Below are positions 1 to 8,534 of a DNA stretch of 64,000 nucleotides, one piece after another. The stretch's first letter is position 1. Each line of letters opens with the position of its first letter. The notes beneath the pieces were generated by a model that was not told where the DNA came from, did not search any database, and was given only the letters and a program-made list of their open reading frames with translations. The DNA is taken from positions 1 through 64,000 of the IMG/VR virus record IMGVR_UViG_3300014494_000005. The stretch is one strand, 5' to 3'. The translations under genes and the position numbers were made by a program.

Positions 1-126
1 ACGTGTAGCATCCATTGCGGTGTTAGCAGGTTATTTATTATTTGTGCTACTAATTAAATTCATCTCGTTTTGATAGCTTAGTGTTTCAAAATCCGCAACG
101 ATATGCTACACGCAGCCGTTATAGCC
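1..126. repeat. attC-like palindromic element 1 (left end cut by window edge)
   Basis: Inverted repeats CGTGTAGCAT(2-11)/ATGCTACACG(103-112) and TTGCGG(15-20)/CCGCAA(93-98); ends in GTTATAGCC (118-126). Confidence 0.6.
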
Positions 127-128
127 AA

Positions 129-311
129 TTAAAAAACTACCACACAAGGAAACTCTAATGCTTTACCGAAAACAGGGCAATCGACTTCTTTTGCAAATTT
201 TACAGCAAAATCATAAGGGCAGTTTTCACCAAGCCATTTTTGAATTTGCTCTTTTGCATCGGCAGCAAATCTTACAACATATTTACCATCTCTATTAAAA
301 ACTTTTTTCAT
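129..311 (-). CDS. Hypothetical 60-aa protein between attC-like elements 1 and 2
   Basis: ORF fills the space between the two palindromes; short AT-rich leader. Confidence 0.7.
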   Translation of the reverse strand: MKKVFNRDGKYVVRFAADAKEQIQKWLGENCPYDFAVKFAKEVDCPVFGKALEFPCVVVF

Positions 312-327
312 AATTTAAAAATTAACT

Positions 328-422
328 GGCTATAACACACGGTATAAAACATGCCGTGACAAGCCTGTGTATAATTTGAAACGTTCTACATCGGCACGTT
401 TCATACCGCCACCGTTATACAC
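328..422. repeat. attC-like palindromic element 2
   Basis: GGCTATAAC...CGGTATAAAACATGCCG / CGGCACGTTTCATACCG...GTTATACAC; imperfect ~95-bp hairpin bounded by AAC and GTT. Confidence 0.7.
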
Positions 423-430
423 AATACTAC

Positions 431-462
431 ATTATACGTTCTAATTAGCATTTTGTTACAAA
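431..462 (-). promoter_or_regulatory. TTTGTAAC-N16-CGTATAAT promoter-like motif
   Basis: Motif with fixed 16-nt spacer, repeated at least 7 times in the window upstream of genes. Confidence 0.6.
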
Positions 463-466
463 ATTT

Positions 467-790
467 TTAATTAATATGTTCACAACGTTCAAAATTAATT
501 TCATTAAAATTTAAATTAATTTGACATTTATGTAATTTCCATATATTAGTATTATCATTTGGAATTATAAAAGCACTATCAAATAACTCATATTTTCCTT
601 CAATGTTATTTTCACCAACGACAATAAATTTAAATGGATTCCATTTTGATTTACCTGTAAATTGTTTTGTTCCATTATCATTTATTTTTTCTTCGATAAC
701 AAGAGTTGGATTTTCATTAAAATTTATTCTGAAAATAAAACTTCCCAAAATTAATTTACCATTTTTTACTTCATTTTTCATAATATTCAA
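467..790 (-). CDS. Hypothetical protein between attC-like elements 2 and 3
   Basis: 107-aa ORF; no recognisable motif. Confidence 0.65.
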   Translation of the reverse strand: MNIMKNEVKNGKLILGSFIFRINFNENPTLVIEEKINDNGTKQFTGKSKWNPFKFIVVGENNIEGKYELFDSAFIIPNDNTNIWKLHKCQINLNFNEINFERCEHIN

Positions 791-863
791 TTTTATTTAT
801 AATTATTCTTAAAAAGTTTTTGTTCGTTTTTCATATCAACATTTTACTTTAATAAACCGTACT

Positions 864-960
864 GTGTATAACAACGTGTATAAAACATAGCCAATTAAGG
901 TTTCTGGCTTATATCAAGTGTCGTGCGTGGCAACGTTTCATACACACAACCGTTAGCGTT
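864..960. repeat. attC-like palindromic element 3
   Basis: GTGTATAAC...GTGTATAAAACATAGCCA / TGGCAACGTTTCATACAC...GTTAGCGTT; shares TATAAAACAT.GCC and GGCA.CGTTTCATA with element 2. Confidence 0.7.
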
Positions 961-1135
961 CATTTGCCAACGCACTCTGATACATTTCTTCAAGGTCTTT
1001 AAAAAACTTATTTCCTTGAATTACTATCATTGATGGATTATATGTATTTACATATCTAGTGTAAACATCTTCAATTCTTTCATAACAATCGTGTTTATCT
1101 CTACCTTTTTCAGTATTAATCCATTGTAAATACAC
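953..1135 (-). CDS. Hypothetical 60-aa protein ending inside attC-like element 3
   Basis: Stop codon TAA lies within CGCTAAC (inverse-core-like site). Confidence 0.7.
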   Translation of the reverse strand: MYLQWINTEKGRDKHDCYERIEDVYTRYVNTYNPSMIVIQGNKFFKDLEEMYQSALANER

Positions 1136-1222
1136 TCTCGGCTTTGTTGCTGTTACTATTTTCAGTTCAGATACTTGTTTTTAAAGTCCATTTTAAATTT
1201 GTTTTGTATAACCAATACTACA

Positions 1223-1254
1223 TTAATACGTTCTAATTAGCATTTTGTTACAAA
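1223..1254 (-). promoter_or_regulatory. TTTGTAAC-N16-CGTATTA promoter-like motif (near-identical to 431-462)
   Basis: Same 16-nt spacer AAAATGCTAATTAGAA as the 431-462 copy. Confidence 0.6.
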
Positions 1255-1368
1255 AATTAACGTTTTTTATGAAAAAACTTCATTATTTTAATCCAAATTT
1301 TATCAATAAAAATTAATAAGTACATGAGAACTGCACCAAAAGTAACACCAATACAAAAATATAAAGAA

Positions 1369-1575
1369 TTAAATAGTTCCATTATCTTTATTATTTTTAA
1401 TGAAAATTACAATACCCCATATAGATAACATTAAAAATACTAATGCGCATATATATCCCCAAACAGGACGGTTTGGTTCAATTGTGGTTTTTGACATCGA
1501 GTATCCATAAATTAAGAAATACATTGCGAACATCAAAATCCTCAACACTTTCATTTTATATGGAATTATCTTCAT
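1369..1575 (-). CDS. Small membrane protein (2 TM)
   Basis: Two hydrophobic stretches. Confidence 0.6.
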   Translation of the reverse strand: MKIIPYKMKVLRILMFAMYFLIYGYSMSKTTIEPNRPVWGYICALVFLMLSIWGIVIFIKNNKDNGTI

Positions 1576-1615
1576 ATTATTTTACTATAAATAGTATGTT
1601 TAAAAGTATAATTAC

Positions 1616-1822
1616 TTATTTGTTTTGTAATTTTCTTACTTTATTGACTACTATTGGTCGTAATCCATCAAATTTTATGGTGTATTCAAACATATTACCA
1701 TATTTTATTTGTGTATCAGTAAGCTCATCAAAATGATGGGCATTAGTCCATATTTCTGATTTTTGAAGATTCTTTTGAATATTTTTATCTTCTATTGGCG
1801 AATAAACTTTTACGATTTCCAT
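1616..1822 (-). CDS. Hypothetical protein
   Basis: ORF co-directional with neighbours. Confidence 0.55.
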   Translation of the reverse strand: MEIVKVYSPIEDKNIQKNLQKSEIWTNAHHFDELTDTQIKYGNMFEYTIKFDGLRPIVVNKVRKLQNK

Positions 1823-1874
1823 TTTAATAATAATTAAATTAATTTTTCTTTAAATACTTATAATTTATTTTAAA

Positions 1875-2075
1875 TCATTGTTTTTCAAAATTTTCTAAAA
1901 TAAAGTTTATATTATAACTACAATATTCATTACCATATAATATATGATTTAATGTTATATCATCTTCATCAATGCCTAATACTTCATAATTGTCATTTTC
2001 GATAAATAATGGCATTTGAAAAATATTATATATTGTTTTTAAACATTTTAATTTATCGCCAAATTTTATTTTCAT
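1875..2075 (-). CDS. Hypothetical protein
   Basis: ORF co-directional with neighbours. Confidence 0.55.
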   Translation of the reverse strand: MKIKFGDKLKCLKTIYNIFQMPLFIENDNYEVLGIDEDDITLNHILYGNEYCSYNINFILENFEKQ

Positions 2076-2084
2076 ATTATTATT

Positions 2085-2381
2085 TTAATTGTATGACACT
2101 TCGTCATTTTCTTCAATTTCGTCAGTATTAAAACATTCATTTAAATCTTTAACGATATCATTTGGTTCTACAAATGTTTTAAAACACATACTTAATTCAT
2201 CTAAAACAATTCCATTTGGAAGTCTTATATTTTCAAAAGTAACAGAATAACCACCTAATTCATTAGGTTCGCATCCAAGTAATTCTAATACTTTTCCATT
2301 GGCAATTTCTTTATTTTCAGCTTCTACATTATCTATAAATAAAGAAACTAGACCAGTTGCTTCTACTTCAAATTTTTTCAT
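2085..2381 (-). CDS. Hypothetical acidic protein
   Basis: ORF track 2085-2432; ATG at 2381 (MKKFEVE) is the more plausible start. Confidence 0.6.
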   Translation of the reverse strand: MKKFEVEATGLVSLFIDNVEAENKEIANGKVLELLGCEPNELGGYSVTFENIRLPNGIVLDELSMCFKTFVEPNDIVKDLNECFNTDEIEENDEVSYN

Positions 2382-2446
2382 AATTTTTAATTTAAATACA
2401 AATATATTTGATTTTTTAAAGAAATGCAACAATAATAAAAAATTAT

Positions 2447-2839
2447 TTAAATTTTTTTAAAATTAAATTGGGTTCTTAGTCCAAATTCTTGTTCATCTGG
2501 AGGAAATTTTGTTAAGAACATATTATGAAAACCATTTTTTATTTCTTCAATAAAAAATCCATGAATTTCACCTTTAAATAAATTATTTCTTTCTTTAGAC
2601 TTCCAATAAGCAGTTTCATCATATGAAATAGGTGTTTTATCACTATTTTTATTACCCCAAGATATTTGTGTTTTTCCAACAATAGTCCAAAATTTATATG
2701 TAGATTCCATTATTTCAAATTTACTATCATGTAATTTGACTTCTAAAAGTGTTAAACAAATATCATTATTAGTATCATCTTTTAATATAAAATATTGTTC
2801 AATGATTTTAAAAAATTCGAATCGTGGTTTTACTTGCAT
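2447..2839 (-). CDS. Hypothetical protein
   Basis: 130-aa ORF. Confidence 0.6.
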   Translation of the reverse strand: MQVKPRFEFFKIIEQYFILKDDTNNDICLTLLEVKLHDSKFEIMESTYKFWTIVGKTQISWGNKNSDKTPISYDETAYWKSKERNNLFKGEIHGFFIEEIKNGFHNMFLTKFPPDEQEFGLRTQFNFKKI

Positions 2840-2899
2840 AATGAAAAATTATTATTTAAAATAGTTAAATTTTTTCGAAACATAAATTAAGTAACCTAA

Positions 2900-3262
2900 T
2901 TATGGGTGGTTCACAAAATAATAATGAAAATCTCCTTTAAAACCATAACTATTTTCCACTGAAGTTCTGACAATAATTTCATCGGTTTGAGATAATTCCG
3001 GGACAATAAGTGGTTCTTTATTATACTTATCAATACTTTTTAACATTTTACCTACAATAACAAACTCACCATCACGACCAGTAAAAATACCATGAATTTC
3101 ATTACTTATTATATCACCATCACTAAAAACAATAGTATCTTCATCAATAAAATTAGCAATATTAAATTTAGAATATTTTAATCGATTCTCTTTTCGTTCT
3201 TTGTATTCGCTATACGAAACTAAAATACCATACATAAAATATTGATTTCTTAATCTACTCAT
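2900..3262 (-). CDS. Hypothetical protein
   Basis: 120-aa ORF. Confidence 0.6.
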   Translation of the reverse strand: MSRLRNQYFMYGILVSYSEYKERKENRLKYSKFNIANFIDEDTIVFSDGDIISNEIHGIFTGRDGEFVIVGKMLKSIDKYNKEPLIVPELSQTDEIIVRTSVENSYGFKGDFHYYFVNHP

Positions 3263-3307
3263 ATTACTAAATTTTTTTTATAAAATAAATAACTTTTCAA
3301 AATATTT

Positions 3308-3318
3308 AAGTATTTATA
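3308..3318 (+). promoter_or_regulatory. AAGTATTTATA putative late-promoter motif upstream of tnpB
   Basis: Exact copy of a motif found 11-21 nt upstream of several ATGs. Confidence 0.55.
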
Positions 3319-3339
3319 CTAAATAAGAGAATAGTATAA

Positions 3340-4611
3340 ATGTTAAAATTATACAAATATAAACTAAAACCGGATAATAACCAAATTATTTTATTAAATA
3401 AACATTTTGGCTGTATTAGATTTATTTATAATTATTTTCTCAATGAACGTAAAAAAGAATATGAAACTAATAATCAAACACTTAATTATTATGATAATAC
3501 AAAAGCATTAACCGAATTAAAGCATTCAAATGAATATATTTGGCTTAATGAAATTTGTGCACAATCTTTACAACAGTCTCTTAAACATCTTGATGGAGCA
3601 TATAATGGATTTTTTAAAGGTAGGACAAAGTTTCCAAATTTTAAATCTAAACACAATAAAAATAGTTTTTGCGTTCCTCAAGCAGTAAAATTAATTAATA
3701 ATAAACTATATATACGTAAATTTAAAGGAGGAATTGGTGTTATTATTGATAGGAAATTTAAGGGAATTATAAAACAATGCACAATAACCAAAACACCAAC
3801 TAATGAATATTTTGTTAGTATTTTAGTTGAAACCGAACATGTTAAATTACCTAAAACTAATAAAAGTATTGGAATAGATTTGGGATTAAAAGATTTTGCA
3901 ATAACATCAGAAGGATTTAAATATAAAAACAATAAATATACTAAACAATATGAAAAGAAATTAAAAAAAGCACAACAACATTTATCAAAAAAAACAAAAA
4001 ATTCGAAAAAATTTGAACAACAAAGATTGAAAGTGGTTAAAATATACAAGAAGATAACCAATTCTCGTGTAGATAATCTACATAAAGTAAGTACTGACCT
4101 AATTAAAAAATATGACATAATTTGTTTAGAAGACCTTAATATTAAAGGTATGTCAACAAGATGCAAGCCAAAACAAGACAAAAATGGTAAGTATTTATCC
4201 AATGGTCAATCAGCAAAATCAGGACTTAATAAATCTATATCAAATGCTAGTTGGGGTACTTTTGTTGAAATGCTTAATTATAAAGCCAATTGGAATGATA
4301 AACAAATTGTTAAAATTAATAGATTTTATCCTTCAAGTAAAACATGTCATATTTGTGGCTATATAAATCAAGACTTAAATCTTTCTATTAGAGAATGGAA
4401 GTGTCCTAAATGTGGTATTGTTCATGATAGGGATATAAATGCTGCAAAAAACATATTAAAAGAAGGTCAGAAAATATTACTTAATGATTTAACAAATAAT
4501 ATTGACAATAACAAATCGTCAGGGACTGACGATAACAGACGTGGAGACCAAATAAGACCTGTTATAACGGGCACAATCGATGAAACGTCCAAAATTCTTA
4601 GCATAAGTTAA
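3340..4611 (+). mobile_element. tnpB: IS200/IS605-family TnpB RNA-guided endonuclease (no tnpA nearby)
   Basis: N-terminal HTH (YKYKLKP...FGCIRFIYN), RuvC-I IGIDLG, RuvC-II CLEDL, Zn ribbon CHICG...CPKCG, RuvC-III HDRDINAAKNI. Confidence 0.95.
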
Positions 4612-4657
4612 GAAGCCTAATTATTTTAGGTAGTCCATATGCATTATATTAAGGGAA
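4480..4657 (+). ncRNA. Putative TnpB omegaRNA scaffold, right end and guide
   Basis: GC-richer 3' end of tnpB, then GAAG-CCTAA/TTAGG hairpin (4616-4630)-TAGTCCA, typical of IS605 right ends; the following ~20 nt would be the guide. 5' boundary is approximate. Confidence 0.5.
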
Positions 4658-4671
4658 TATGAATCTTTATA

Positions 4672-5001
4672 TTATTCATTATAATCAGGATGACTTGTTA
4701 AATGCCAAAAACCACATTCATCACATTTATAGCTTCTTACGGGTCGTATATCTTTTTTTCCCATTCTTCTATTCATTCTTTGACCATGAAGATATCTTCT
4801 ATGTTTTTTACCAGAATTAATAGCTTCTTGAGCATCCCTAAATGAGGGATATTGAATCTTACCACATTTTGGTCTGAAATCGTTAGTAAATTCAACTTCT
4901 GCAAGTGGTACATTATCAATTTCTATTTTTGGCTCGGATAATGATAAATTTTTAGTTTCCATAATTTTCATTATTTTGATTATACTTTTCAATTTCATCA
5001 T
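4672..5001 (-). CDS. Hypothetical protein with C-terminal Zn-ribbon
   Basis: RSYKCDECGFWHLTS motif. Confidence 0.65.
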   Translation of the reverse strand: MMKLKSIIKIMKIMETKNLSLSEPKIEIDNVPLAEVEFTNDFRPKCGKIQYPSFRDAQEAINSGKKHRRYLHGQRMNRRMGKKDIRPVRSYKCDECGFWHLTSHPDYNE

Positions 5002-5515
5002 CTAAAATTGCCATTTGAATATATTCATCATCAACATTATATTCATAACATTCTTTATTGGCAATCATAATAACAACACCTTTTTTACAATGTTTTAATA
5101 TTCGTTTTAAATTGGCAAAATTATCATTATTTTGCCAAAATTTTGTTATAATACTAAGTAAATGATGTGGTTTATTAACACTGATGATTGGTGATTTTTT
5201 ATCTACATATCCACCAAGCATTGGTATCATTACATCATATCGTGGATTTATAATATCTGTTTCAATATCATATTGAAATATGGGAGTAAATACAAATCTG
5301 ATTTTATTAATTGATACACGATTTTCTGATAAAATATTTCTGTTTTTAATAATTAATTTTTTTTCATAATCCGATAATACATATGAACCAATAGAATATT
5401 TTTTATAAATTCTTTTATTAATAATTGAAGTGATTATTTTTTTAATTCTACCATAGAAAAAAATAAAAACACTTATTAGTAATAACGCAATTATTATTAA
5501 ATAAATTATTAACAT
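4952..5515 (-). CDS. Hypothetical protein with N-terminal TM anchor
   Basis: Hydrophobic N-terminus. Confidence 0.6.
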   Translation of the reverse strand: MLIIYLIIIALLLISVFIFFYGRIKKIITSIINKRIYKKYSIGSYVLSDYEKKLIIKNRNILSENRVSINKIRFVFTPIFQYDIETDIINPRYDVMIPMLGGYVDKKSPIISVNKPHHLLSIITKFWQNNDNFANLKRILKHCKKGVVIMIANKECYEYNVDDEYIQMAILDDEIEKYNQNNENYGN

Positions 5516-6066
5516 TTCTCTTCAATTAGTTTTTTAAACCATTCATAACTTTCATTTGATTTATCACCTGTTGCATTATCACAACGATAAAATTTTATAT
5601 AAAGGTCTAAACAATCAAGTAAATTTAAATCACCAATAAGTTTTTCAGCACGTCTTTTTGCCTTATACCAATCGCCATGTCTTCCACCTTGTGACCATGC
5701 ATTATATGCTTCATCATGTGATTGAATAACTTGAAGTATTTTAGTATTATTGCAATATTTTTCAGCAAATATTTCGGCAATTTTACCATGATGATTATCA
5801 CCCACTTTTGGTTTTGTATTGTCAACTTTATGTTTAAAAGTATCGTGAACTATTGCAATTAAACGTAAATCCTGACGGTCTTCATCATCAGCATAAAATT
5901 TATCAATGTTTTCTAATACTTCTTTAATATGATAAATAACCTGACCTTCTGGATGTCCACTTCTTGGGCGACCATGATTTGCACCTTGAATAAAAACAGC
6001 ATCAGAGATTATTGCAATCTCGATGCCGTTTTCAGGTTTCACGATATTTTTAATTAATTCGTTCAT
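5509..6066 (-). CDS. HD-domain phosphohydrolase
   Basis: GHPEG..YHIKEV, IAIVHDTFKH, late D (RCDN). Confidence 0.75.
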   Translation of the reverse strand: MNELIKNIVKPENGIEIAIISDAVFIQGANHGRPRSGHPEGQVIYHIKEVLENIDKFYADDEDRQDLRLIAIVHDTFKHKVDNTKPKVGDNHHGKIAEIFAEKYCNNTKILQVIQSHDEAYNAWSQGGRHGDWYKAKRRAEKLIGDLNLLDCLDLYIKFYRCDNATGDKSNESYEWFKKLIEEKC

Positions 6067-6128
6067 TATTTCAACTTTATTTCGAAACGATTAACCATCT
6101 TATTAATAGTTTCTTCTGGTACATTATG
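6066..6128 (-). pseudogene. C-terminal remnant of a P-loop (AAA_33/polynucleotide-kinase-like) gene
   Basis: HNVPEETINKMVNRFEIKLK* with its stop overlapping the HD ATG; upstream frame is broken. Confidence 0.45.
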
Positions 6129-6216
6129 ATTATTGCTTCATGCAGTGAACAACAATTCAGATTTCCAGACGCTGTATTTCGTTTCGACCACATGAAGTTT
6201 CAATAGTATATCTTTG

Positions 6217-6483
6217 TTACATTATTCTAAAATTTGTCACATATATTAATTTATTATTATTACTATAGATACCATCAACAAGAATAAATTTTTCATATCT
6301 TGTTTTAGATGAAACAACAGTTTTTTCTAACATTTCAAATAAAACAGAACCTTCAAATGCTTTTAATTTATGCTTATGTTTTTCATTTTCTGCAATATAT
6401 GAATAATATGTTTTTTTTATTCTTACTTTTGGTGTTGCTTTTCTAATTATTTTCCATATTATTTTGAGAGTTTCCGATTTCAT
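6217..6483 (-). CDS. Hypothetical protein
   Basis: 88-aa ORF. Confidence 0.5.
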   Translation of the reverse strand: MKSETLKIIWKIIRKATPKVRIKKTYYSYIAENEKHKHKLKAFEGSVLFEMLEKTVVSSKTRYEKFILVDGIYSNNNKLIYVTNFRIM

Positions 6484-6967
6484 TTTTTTCTTGTTTTACT
6501 TGTTTCCGTACTTCCATTAACGCTTTGCCTAAAAGATTCATACCTTGCCATTTAGTTTCATCAAGCACATCATCATTACTCCAATGCAATCCAATTCCCC
6601 ATACAGAATCATTTGGATTTGTTTCAACCAATATTTTATCACTAGTTGATAATAGTAATTCTTTTGAGCGTTTATCTTGACTAAATTTAGCATAATTAAC
6701 AGCTACCATTATATCAAAACAAGCAATCATCCATTTTTCAGTATTAAAATTTTTAACCATACGACCCAATGCTTTATTTTCTCTTGGTTCTGGTGTTTCA
6801 ACTATTTTTTTTGCTGTTTCCATATCACCAAAGAAAACAGCTTTTTCCCACATGAATGCTTGTTCTGTGTTAAAAAAAGTAATTCCTTTATATTTAAATT
6901 GACATATATGCCAATTTGATATTCTGGACTTATAAAAAAATACGTATTTATCCGTTATTCGTTCCAT
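6443..6967 (-). CDS. NADAR (YbiA/DUF1768) family ADP-ribosylglycohydrolase-like protein
   Basis: FFNTEQAFMWEKA, KALGRMVKNF, AKFSQ, LVETNPNDSVWGIG, GMNLLGKALMEVR. Confidence 0.9.
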   Translation of the reverse strand: MERITDKYVFFYKSRISNWHICQFKYKGITFFNTEQAFMWEKAVFFGDMETAKKIVETPEPRENKALGRMVKNFNTEKWMIACFDIMVAVNYAKFSQDKRSKELLLSTSDKILVETNPNDSVWGIGLHWSNDDVLDETKWQGMNLLGKALMEVRKQVKQEKNEIGNSQNNMENN

Positions 6968-6973
6968 TTTAAT

Positions 6974-7159
6974 CTATTTTAATAGTTTTCGTATATCTTC
7001 TTCCATTATTATAATTTCATTAATTTTTTTTGAAAAAGAATCAAATTTATCTTTATCATATTTAGATATTAAGATATTAATAATCCTTCTATCAAATCCC
7101 ATTTTTTCCAGAAAAATATATTGTTTTTCATTTAAATATAATGCTATGTTATTCATCAA
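6974..7159 (-). CDS. Hypothetical protein
   Basis: 61-aa ORF. Confidence 0.5.
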   Translation of the reverse strand: MMNNIALYLNEKQYIFLEKMGFDRRIINILISKYDKDKFDSFSKKINEIIIMEEDIRKLLK

Positions 7160-7446
7160 TTTTTGTTATATTTTACTGCTCTTTTATACGTACCAACACT
7201 TCCAAACGGATTATGATTATATAATGATTTATCTGCGGTATATGCCGATATGTCAATCCAAATTTCATCACCGGATTTTAAATCAATCACAGATTTAGCA
7301 ATGCTATTGTTATCAACAAAACTATGTAGATTAACACAAGCAAGTCTTTTATTGGTATTCTGAAATCTAATTTCATAAAAATTGTTTCTTTTTACAATCT
7401 TATCAATCTTAAATAAACCAAAATTTCCGTTAAATTGAGTTTCCAT
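7156..7446 (-). CDS. Hypothetical protein
   Basis: 96-aa ORF directly downstream of a promoter motif. Confidence 0.6.
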   Translation of the reverse strand: METQFNGNFGLFKIDKIVKRNNFYEIRFQNTNKRLACVNLHSFVDNNSIAKSVIDLKSGDEIWIDISAYTADKSLYNHNPFGSVGTYKRAVKYNKN

Positions 7447-7470
7447 ATCGAAAATATTAAATATTATACA

Positions 7471-7502
7471 ATATTACGAAAAATTATTTAAATTGTTGCA
7501 TA
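7471..7502 (-). promoter_or_regulatory. Variant motif TGCAAC-N16-CGTAAT
   Basis: Same 16-nt spacing as the TGTAAC motif. Confidence 0.5.
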
Positions 7503-7555
7503 ATTACAATACTTTTCCAAAACTAATTTGTATTTATCTATACAATATATATACC

Positions 7556-7708
7556 ATGAAAGCAAATAAAGAAATGTATTCATTAAGAATACCGTCAGAA
7601 CAACTGAAGTATTTACGTGATACTGCAAAAAATAACTTTACTACAGTTACACAATTAATTTTGGACTTAGTAAATCAAAAAATGAAAAGTGATATAAAAT
7701 ATGAATAA
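7556..7708 (+). CDS. Small ribbon-helix-helix-like DNA-binding protein (copy 1)
   Basis: 50 aa: beta-like MYSLRIP, then two helices (EQLKYLRDTAK, TVTQLILDLV); paralog at 12141. Confidence 0.65.
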   Translation: MKANKEMYSLRIPSEQLKYLRDTAKNNFTTVTQLILDLVNQKMKSDIKYE

Positions 7709-8534
7709 AATATGTGGAATTTATAAAATAACGTCACCATCGGGTAAAATTTATATCGGGCAATCGAGAAATATAAAACGAAGATTGAATGATTATATTA
7801 ATAATAGATGTTATGAACAATTATTAATATATCGTTCAATTAATAAATATGGTTGGAATATGCATAAATTTGAGGTAATTCATGAATGCACAGAACCAGA
7901 ATTAAATTATTTGGAAAAATATTATATAAAGTTTTACGATACATTTGATACAAAACATGGAATGAATTTAACAAGTGGTGGTGACCACATAAAACTTTCA
8001 AAAGAATCATTACGAAAAATTAGTGATAGTTCTAAGAATAGAATTGTTTCACAAGAAACTAGAGATAAATTTAGTAAAATTCATAAATGGAAAAAAATAT
8101 CTAAAGAACATAAATCAAGTTTAAGAAAATTTCATTTAGGTAAAAAACACACTAAAGAAAGTATTGAAAAGATGAGAATAATAAAATTAAATAAAAAACC
8201 ATCTAATGAAACAAAAGAAAAACTAAGAATTGTTAATACAGGAAAAAAACGTTCAGACATAACAAAAGAAAAAATAAGAAAATCAAAATTAGGAAATAAA
8301 ATATGGCTAGGTAAAAAACATTCTGAAGAAACCAAACAAAAATTAAGTGAAATTCATAAGAATAATTATGAAATTTATAACCAAAATAATGAATTGGTTC
8401 ATAAATTCAGAAATACCATTAGATTGGAATTAAAGAAATTAAATTTACCTCGTGAACGTTTTTGTGAAACATATAGAAGAAATGAAAAAATAAAAAATGG
8501 TAAATATAAGGATTGGTATATTATCAAACTATAA
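7701..8534 (+). CDS. GIY-YIG homing endonuclease with NUMOD3 repeats
   Basis: CGIYKITSPSGKIYIGQS, R and E catalytic positions, repeated GKKHS/TEETK.KL. Confidence 0.92.
   Translation: MNKICGIYKITSPSGKIYIGQSRNIKRRLNDYINNRCYEQLLIYRSINKYGWNMHKFEVIHECTEPELNYLEKYYIKFYDTFDTKHGMNLTSGGDHIKLSKESLRKISDSSKNRIVSQETRDKFSKIHKWKKISKEHKSSLRKFHLGKKHTKESIEKMRIIKLNKKPSNETKEKLRIVNTGKKRSDITKEKIRKSKLGNKIWLGKKHSEETKQKLSEIHKNNYEIYNQNNELVHKFRNTIRLELKKLNLPRERFCETYRRNEKIKNGKYKDWYIIKL

Noticed and set aside
1-960. CRISPR array
   Set aside because: The elements are ~95-bp imperfect palindromes with divergent sequences separated by whole ORFs, not identical short repeats with 30-40 nt spacers. No cas genes are present.
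3262-4672. Complete IS605 with TnpA transposase
   Set aside because: No HUH/Y1 or serine transposase ORF flanks tnpB.
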